64,000 nucleotides of DNA from Chrysomallon squamiferum (Eukaryota > Animalia > Mollusca). Position numbers and translations under genes: made by a program. The notes beneath the pieces are model-generated. The model ran no database searches, was not told the origin of the DNA, and worked only from the letters and a program-made list of their open reading frames with translations. How positions within the stretch are numbered: the stretch's first letter is position 1; every line of letters begins with the position of its first letter. The stretch is from contig CM022675.1 in NCBI GenBank assembly GCA_012295275.1, forward strand, positions 558,001-622,000, written 5' to 3'. Below are positions 56,979 through 64,000 of this stretch, piece by piece.

Positions 56979-59900
56979 TTTCTTTTTTTTTTGTTCTCTT
57001 TCGTTTTCAGTCTTCCACTGCGATAATACAGTTTAACTTTATTCTCGTCATGTTTGTTTGTCCTCAGTAATTTTGTCACTTGGAGAATTGTAAGATTAAA
57101 AAGGCACGAATGTTTTACATCCACGCAAAAATGTCTAATAATAAATTTTGCAAAACTTCCGATATTTTTAGAGAAAAAAAAATCCAGGGGACAGAATGAA
57201 CAGGATTCTAATGCGTATATTTTCAGTTTTCTAAAATCTATTTATTCTCACAGTTTTTTAAAATCTATCTATTCTCACTGAATCCAATATAGGAAACAGA
57301 ATTCATGATATTCTAAAATCTACATATTCTCAGAGAATTTAAACCAGAGAAGTGAGTTCACCACAATATAAAAAATCTGTGCATTCAGAAAACAATCCAG
57401 TGCAACAAAAAAAATTCGTAAACAATATTCTTAGAGAATTCAGTCTAAGGAGCTCAGTTCACGATATTGTAAGATGAACACAGTCTCGTAAAATTCAGTC
57501 CAGTGAAGAAGAAATCTCAATATTCAACGAGACAAAATAATTCACACGATGTCTTTCCGGTTCACAGTTACGTAAATTTTGCTGTGACGTAAACTGCACG
57601 TAAGAACAATGTCCCTCGATATCAGTTAGCAACGTGAGTTTAGAAAATTAGCGCGTCATGAAACGTGATTATCTGTTAACGAGAGACACACTTTTGCTTT
57701 GTTCTGCAGGCGACCAGTCTCGCTGAATCGTGAGATAGCCGGAAAAATTAGCTCCGAAAATCCTCATTAGTTTTCCACTATTTTTGTGTGAATGACTACG
57801 GTAAACCTAGAACATTCTACGTATACAGTGCAGTAGTGGTTGAAGTTGTTGTGGTCGTCGTCGTCGTGGTATGTGCATGAGGGTGACTGTAATGTTCTTG
57901 ATGATGGTGTCAATAACAACAACAATATTACTACTACTACTGCTACTACTACAACTACTACTAATAATAATACAAAAAAATGATAATAATAAATTTACAA
58001 CAACGACTACTACTACTACTACTACTATTGCAACTACTACAAATAATAATGATAATAATAATAAATTTACTACTACTAATACTAATACTAATACTACTAC
58101 TACTACTAATAATAATAATAATAGTAATAACAACAACAGCTATAATAAGAGCAACAAAAATAATAAATAATAATAATAATAATTACAGGGGAATATCAAA
58201 GAAGTTATTACGGAAAGTTAATGACATGGACACGTTGAGATTACCCAGCTAAACCTGCACACAACTGCACTCACGCGAAATGACCGTCATCTAGGAAGCA
58301 ATCAATAACCAAGATAAAAGTACGGAAAACAGATAATAATTACCTGAAAAGTTGAATGTTGTTATTAAAGTCATGTCTTGCTTAATTACGATTGGCGTGA
58401 TGACACAGGTAAACGAGTTGATAATAATACCTGTTCAGGTAATCTTCGTCAGACTGCCGTTTGTAACAAAGAAAACAAACAGGCATTGAAAAACGTAACA
58501 ATGGTTAGACGGAAAGAGAGTAAAAGAAAGAAAGAAAGGCAGACATACAGACATAGAGACAGATATACAGACAGACACACAGAGACAGACGAAGCGACGG
58601 TGGAAGAGTTGAGGTTGGATGGAAGCGCGGACAGAAATACAACGGTTGGATGAACAGACAGACAGCGATATTGAACAGCACTGTATGTTTACCTGTTAAT
58701 CAGCAACGATACTTATCTTTAATATATTCACGCACATTTTTATTGTTTACTTTACAGAAATGTGTTTTATTGCTTGTAGTAGAGACACGTGTTTTATTTA
58801 TTTATTTATTTATTTATTTGTTTTATACAAATGTTTTTATTATTTACTGTGTGAGAAAATGTCATTGTTTATTGTTCGAAAACACTGTTATTGTTATACA
58901 GAAATGTTTTATTATATATATATATAAAATCATTGTATGTCATAGTAAAATGTATCCAGGCATCATAACAACAGTACTATGACTGTCATAATCGTTTTCC
59001 ATCGACGTCATAAAATTGTGTCTAACGTCATAGCAGATTCTCCTGTATGCATAGTGTGTCACACTGACGTTATAACATAAAAGCCTTTTGCAATGACGTC
59101 ATAGCAATGTAACAAAATAAAATAAAATAAATAAGTAAAAAATAAATAAATAAATAAAATCTAAGGCAATCTCCATATTTTTAATACATAATAATTAACC
59201 AAAGAAAGATACCATAGGTTTTAATAAGAAGAAGAACAAGAAGAAGAAGACGAAGACGAAGAATGGTAGTAGTCGTAACAGAAAATGAAGAAGAAACATA
59301 AATAATTATTTTAACAATAATAAACAAAATTACTGTAAACAAACAATTCACTTTCAATTGTTTATTTGTAACAAAATTCACCAATTTGTATTAACAAAAT
59401 TTACATAGCAATAAAAGCAGCTTATACATCTTCAAACCTGCTTGTCCCTAGAAAAAACACGAATGAATTAAGTGTATATGAGAAGAAATGGGTTTTATGT
59501 GTTATTTTTTTTTTTTTTTTTAATCAATGTATTTATCTTTCATTAAATCAGTTTATTTAATCATTTATTTATTCATTTTATTTATTTATTTATTATTGTA
59601 ACGAATACTCCCATATTTTTTAACATTAAAATTAATGACAAAAATAATGAAAGTATTAAGTTTAGTTTTCTAATTATATTCATTTAACACGTATCCACAT
59701 ATCAAACGTAAATTATAACTATTTACATAATTATTATTCCAGTATATGAAAATAAAAACCTATGATGACAAAATAGTTATTTTTCTTATATATATATTTA
59801 TACATTAGTTTTATTTATTTCATTTTATCATTATTCATAATTAAAATTTTCTTATAGCAATGCAGTGGGAACATTGGAATCAAAATAAACAAAAGTCTGC

Positions 59901-60110
59901 GAATGGGACTTATGTACTTAACAATTTAGATTAATTACAGTCAAGAAAAAAGAAATCAAAATGTACAGCAATTTTTTGCAATTTTATTTTTTATTTTTTT
60001 GTTAATAAATTTTCTTTCTTCATGCAAACAAATCTGATGAAAATGGAATGCTTACAGCCAACACACACAAACCGATTCATGCACATTTGTACAAAATAAC
60101 AGGGATCTAT

Positions 60111-60145
<35 letters not shown>

Positions 60146-60266
60146 AGCCATTAATATTTAAAACATAAATACTGTTTACAATTGAAGCTTATAATACGAA
60201 TGAAATAAAATATTTAATTTACAGATGTATGACAGTGCGTTCATGGTCTTATGGTTGTTGCTTTTA

Positions 60267-60309
<43 letters not shown>

Positions 60310-60811
60310 GCAGTAGTATAGTAGTAATAATAATAATAATAGCAGTAGTATAGTAGTAATAATAATAATAATAGCAGTATAGTAGTAATAATAATAATAG
60401 CAGTAGTAGTAGTTATAGTGGTGGTAGTAGTAGTAAGAATAATAATAATAATAACTACATGTAGCAAAACATTCTTGTCTATTTAATCTATATAGATGTT
60501 ATCTATAAAACACAATTAGCTAAAGGTATGTTCACACATTGTAACTTATTGTAAATGAATCATATACACTGGACACAAATGTTCATGTTTTCATTATTAC
60601 AAGTTCAGTCCAAGTTGTAATGATTAGAATAAACTATGTAATTCATAATTATTATTTTTTTTTAATTATATTATTATTACTTTCATTATTTTTGTTGTTG
60701 TGGTTGTTTCTTTATAAATTTTAATTTTTATTGTGAAACAAGTTGTATGTTCATATTATGACTGCAATAGTTGTTAATATTTGTCATGAAAAATATTACT
60801 GATTATTATCA

Positions 60812-60874
<63 letters not shown>

Positions 60875-62487
60875 GTAATTAAGGCTAAGTACAATAACAA
60901 GTCTGCATTATGAAATTATTATTACTACTTTTTTGTTTTTATATTTTTCATGGCTTATCTTTTGCAATATAAAGAGAACATGAACATGACTGTATATATA
61001 TAATTATATATATATATATAAAATTCCCAATTTCAGATTTTGCAGAATTCAGCTTTACAAAAAGTCTAAGTAAAATTACAAACCTGACAATGTATAAAAC
61101 AATTACATTCCCTCATTTAATACAACCTTTAGAAAAAATTATTTGTTTTTATCATTATAAATACAAATGTACACACACAGTTATTTAAAAACATGTTATA
61201 TGATAACATGGTGTTGATATAAAATTTTTTTTTTTTTTATCATAATGGCATAAATTCTAAAACAAGAATGTATGTGTATGCATGTGTCTGTATGCACACA
61301 CACGTTTGTGTGTATGTGTGTGTGACTTAACCTTAATTCTTGCTTTAACTGATTTTATGTTTTATTCAAATATCAAGTGTGCGTATTAAGATGCTGTTAA
61401 ATAACAACAGGTCATCATCATCATCTTGAAAAATACATCACTGTCCATACAGTCATCATCAAACTACAGAAGTTTAAAATTAAAACTTATACCAAACATT
61501 AAAATTGTTTCTGTAATTATTTTTAATTGCGTAGGTAACATTTACATTTAGAAAAATTCATATCAAGAAATATTATAAGAGAATATAAGTATATTATAAT
61601 TTACAAGTCCCATAGAAAAATAAAAAAGTGGTGCTGTATTATTTGTAAGTACTATTCAAACTTAATAATACTTTAAAAAAATATTCATAATACTTCTGAA
61701 AAGCTATGAAAATTAAATGTGTTAATGCCAAATTATTTGTTTTATATGTATGTGTGTGTATGTGTGTGTATGTGTCATGACTTAACAGTTCAAATAAGAA
61801 AGTTAAAAAAAGGTTTTAATTTTATGAAATATTTCAAATTAAATGAAAATACAGCCATGTTGCTGCAATTTATAAAAAAAAAAAAAAAAAAAAAAAAATT
61901 AACTGACAATTTATTCTTCCCTAAATAACTATATAAAAAAAAAAAAGTAATTAAAAAAATTTTTTAAAAACTTTTGGACCAGAAACCGACTCATAAATTA
62001 AAACAATAAAAAAAAATAATAATAATAATTTTAATCAGAATACATGTTGTTACAACAAATGGAAACATTTTGGGTTTTTACCTCTGTGAGTCATTTGAAA
62101 CGTGAGTTTTGTTGAAACAAAGTCAGCCATTCAACACACTTTCTTCACAAACACACACAAACACAAGAGATCAACACATTAAACATCTCATACACAGCTT
62201 CACCCCACACCCCACAAACTACCAACACATTTCACTAATTTCTAAATTTCACCAAGTAACGTAAAATTATTTAACACTGGGAATAATTATTAAATTTCAT
62301 TTCTTTTTTTTTTTTATTTCTGTCTTTATTAAGTGTTTTCTTTTCCTGTGTTTTAATGGAAAAAAAAACAAAAAAAACACAAATTCTTCTTCTTTGGTCT
62401 TTCTGACATTAAAACGTATTCACAGAAACACACATCATTTTATATAACGTCATCGAACTGTCAAATCTTTCTGTAGTCCACAAAACT

Positions 62488-62565
62488 TCAGTGCTTCTTT
62501 GATTTTTTTATTCCTTTCTTTACTTTAGGTTTGTATTTTATCAAGCCCGTCTTTCTTTTTGTGCT
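62488..62565 (-). CDS. probable terminal coding exon of a gene extending beyond the window; Lys-rich C-terminus
   Basis: Strong acceptor tttttttcattgcag, then STKRKTGLIKYKPKVKKGIKKSKKH* (phase 0 assumed), followed by a long AT-rich, CpG-poor UTR-like region. Confidence 0.55.
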   Translation of the reverse strand, partial: STKRKTGLIKYKPKVKKGIKKSKKH

Positions 62566-62800
62566 CTGCAATGAAAAAAAAGAAAGAAAAGAATGTATAA
62601 ATATTTACAAAAGTGACGAAAGGAGAGAAAAAGAATTTAATATTTTAATCTGTGACAGGAAACATTAAGATAAAAACTTCGACAAATGAATAATGAAATG
62701 AAAGAAATGGAAAATATCAATCAGATTTAATAAATAAAATAATAATAGAACAGCTTAAACTTCTAAACAAATGTAACTAGTTAAAAAGAGACAAGTCAGG

Positions 62801-62896
<96 letters not shown>

Positions 62897-62935
62897 GTAA
62901 TGGCTGATAACTGTGTTTTTATATTTAATTTTATA

Positions 62936-64000
62936 TAAAAGAGACAGAAGACAGAGATGATTCTATACATAAAAGAGACAGAAGACAGAGATGATTCTAT
63001 ACATAAAAGAGACAGAAGACAGAGATGAATCTATACATAAAAGAAACAGAAGACAGAGATGAATCTATACATAAAAGAGACAGAAGACAGAGATGATTCT
63101 ATACATAAAAGAAACAGAAGACAGAGATGAATCTATACATAAAAGAGACAGAAGACAGAGATGATTCTATACATAAAAGAAACAGAAGACAGAGATGATT
63201 CTATACATAAAAGAGACAGAAGACAGAGATGATTCTATACATAAAAGAGACAGAAGACAGAGATGATTCTATACATAAAAGAAACAGAAGACAGAGATGA
63301 TTCTATACATAAAAGAGACAGAAGACAGAGATGATTCTATACATAAGAGACAGAAGACAGAGATGATTCTATACATAAAAGAAACAGAAGACAGAGATGA
63401 TTCTATACATAAAAGAGACAGAAGACAGAGATGAATCTATACATAAAAGAGACAGAAGACAGAGATGAATCTATACATAAAAGAAACAGAAGACAGAGAT
63501 GATTCTATACATAAAAGAGACAGAAGACAGAGATGAATCTATACATAAGAGACAGAAGACAGAGATGATTCTATACATAAAAGAGACAGAAGACAGAGAT
63601 GATTCTATACATAAAAGAAACAGAAGACAGAGATGATTCTATACATAAAAGAGACAGAAGACAGAGATGATTCTATACATAAAAGAAACAGAAGACAGAG
63701 ATGATTCTATACATAAGAGACAGAAGACAGAGATGATTCTATACATAAAAGAGACAGAAGACAGAGATGATTCTATACATAAAAGAGACAGAAGACAGAG
63801 ATGATTCTATACATAAAAGAGACAGAAGACAGAGATGATTCTATACATAAAAGAGACATGAACACAGAGATGATTCTATACATAAGAGACAGAAGACAGA
63901 GATGAATCTATACATAAAAGAGACAGAAGACAGAGATGATTCTATACATAAAAGAGACAGAAGACAGAGATGATTCTATACATAAAGAGACATGAACACA
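62936..64000. repeat. 34-bp minisatellite, ~31 copies, truncated by the window end
   Basis: Unit gagacagaagacagagatgattctatacataaaa. Confidence 0.95.

Overview
AT-rich, microsatellite-dense metazoan genomic DNA, probably from an invertebrate; a lophotrochozoan or mollusc origin is a guess only. Nearly all entries in the ORF track are simple-repeat artefacts. Reading splice sites by hand gives three complete genes and one partial gene. (1) An intronless, GC-rich MGAT2/GnT-II-like glycosyltransferase (21747-23117, +) whose metal-binding motif is DDDY instead of EEDH. (2) A 19-exon minus-strand gene (43385->27733, 643 aa) that the ORF track does not assemble. It encodes a signal peptide, eight tandem six-cysteine modules with an invariant C-x8-C-x7-C core (the spacing of RGM N-terminal and neuritin domains), and a GPI-anchor-type C-terminus. 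Each module is one phase 1-2-1 exon pair. (3) A 6-exon class A GPCR of the melatonin-receptor-like group (56978->47183, -, 354 aa). Its last 3' splice site plus the start of the last exon is duplicated 8 extra times, and its intron 3 holds a 32-bp array with about 20 CACGTG E-boxes. (4) A probable Lys-rich terminal exon (62565->62488, -) of a gene starting beyond the window. The window also has a Tc1/mariner(pogo/Tigger)-like MITE, a tRNA-headed SINE-like family, local duplications and many minisatellites. All gene models are manual and lack transcript support.
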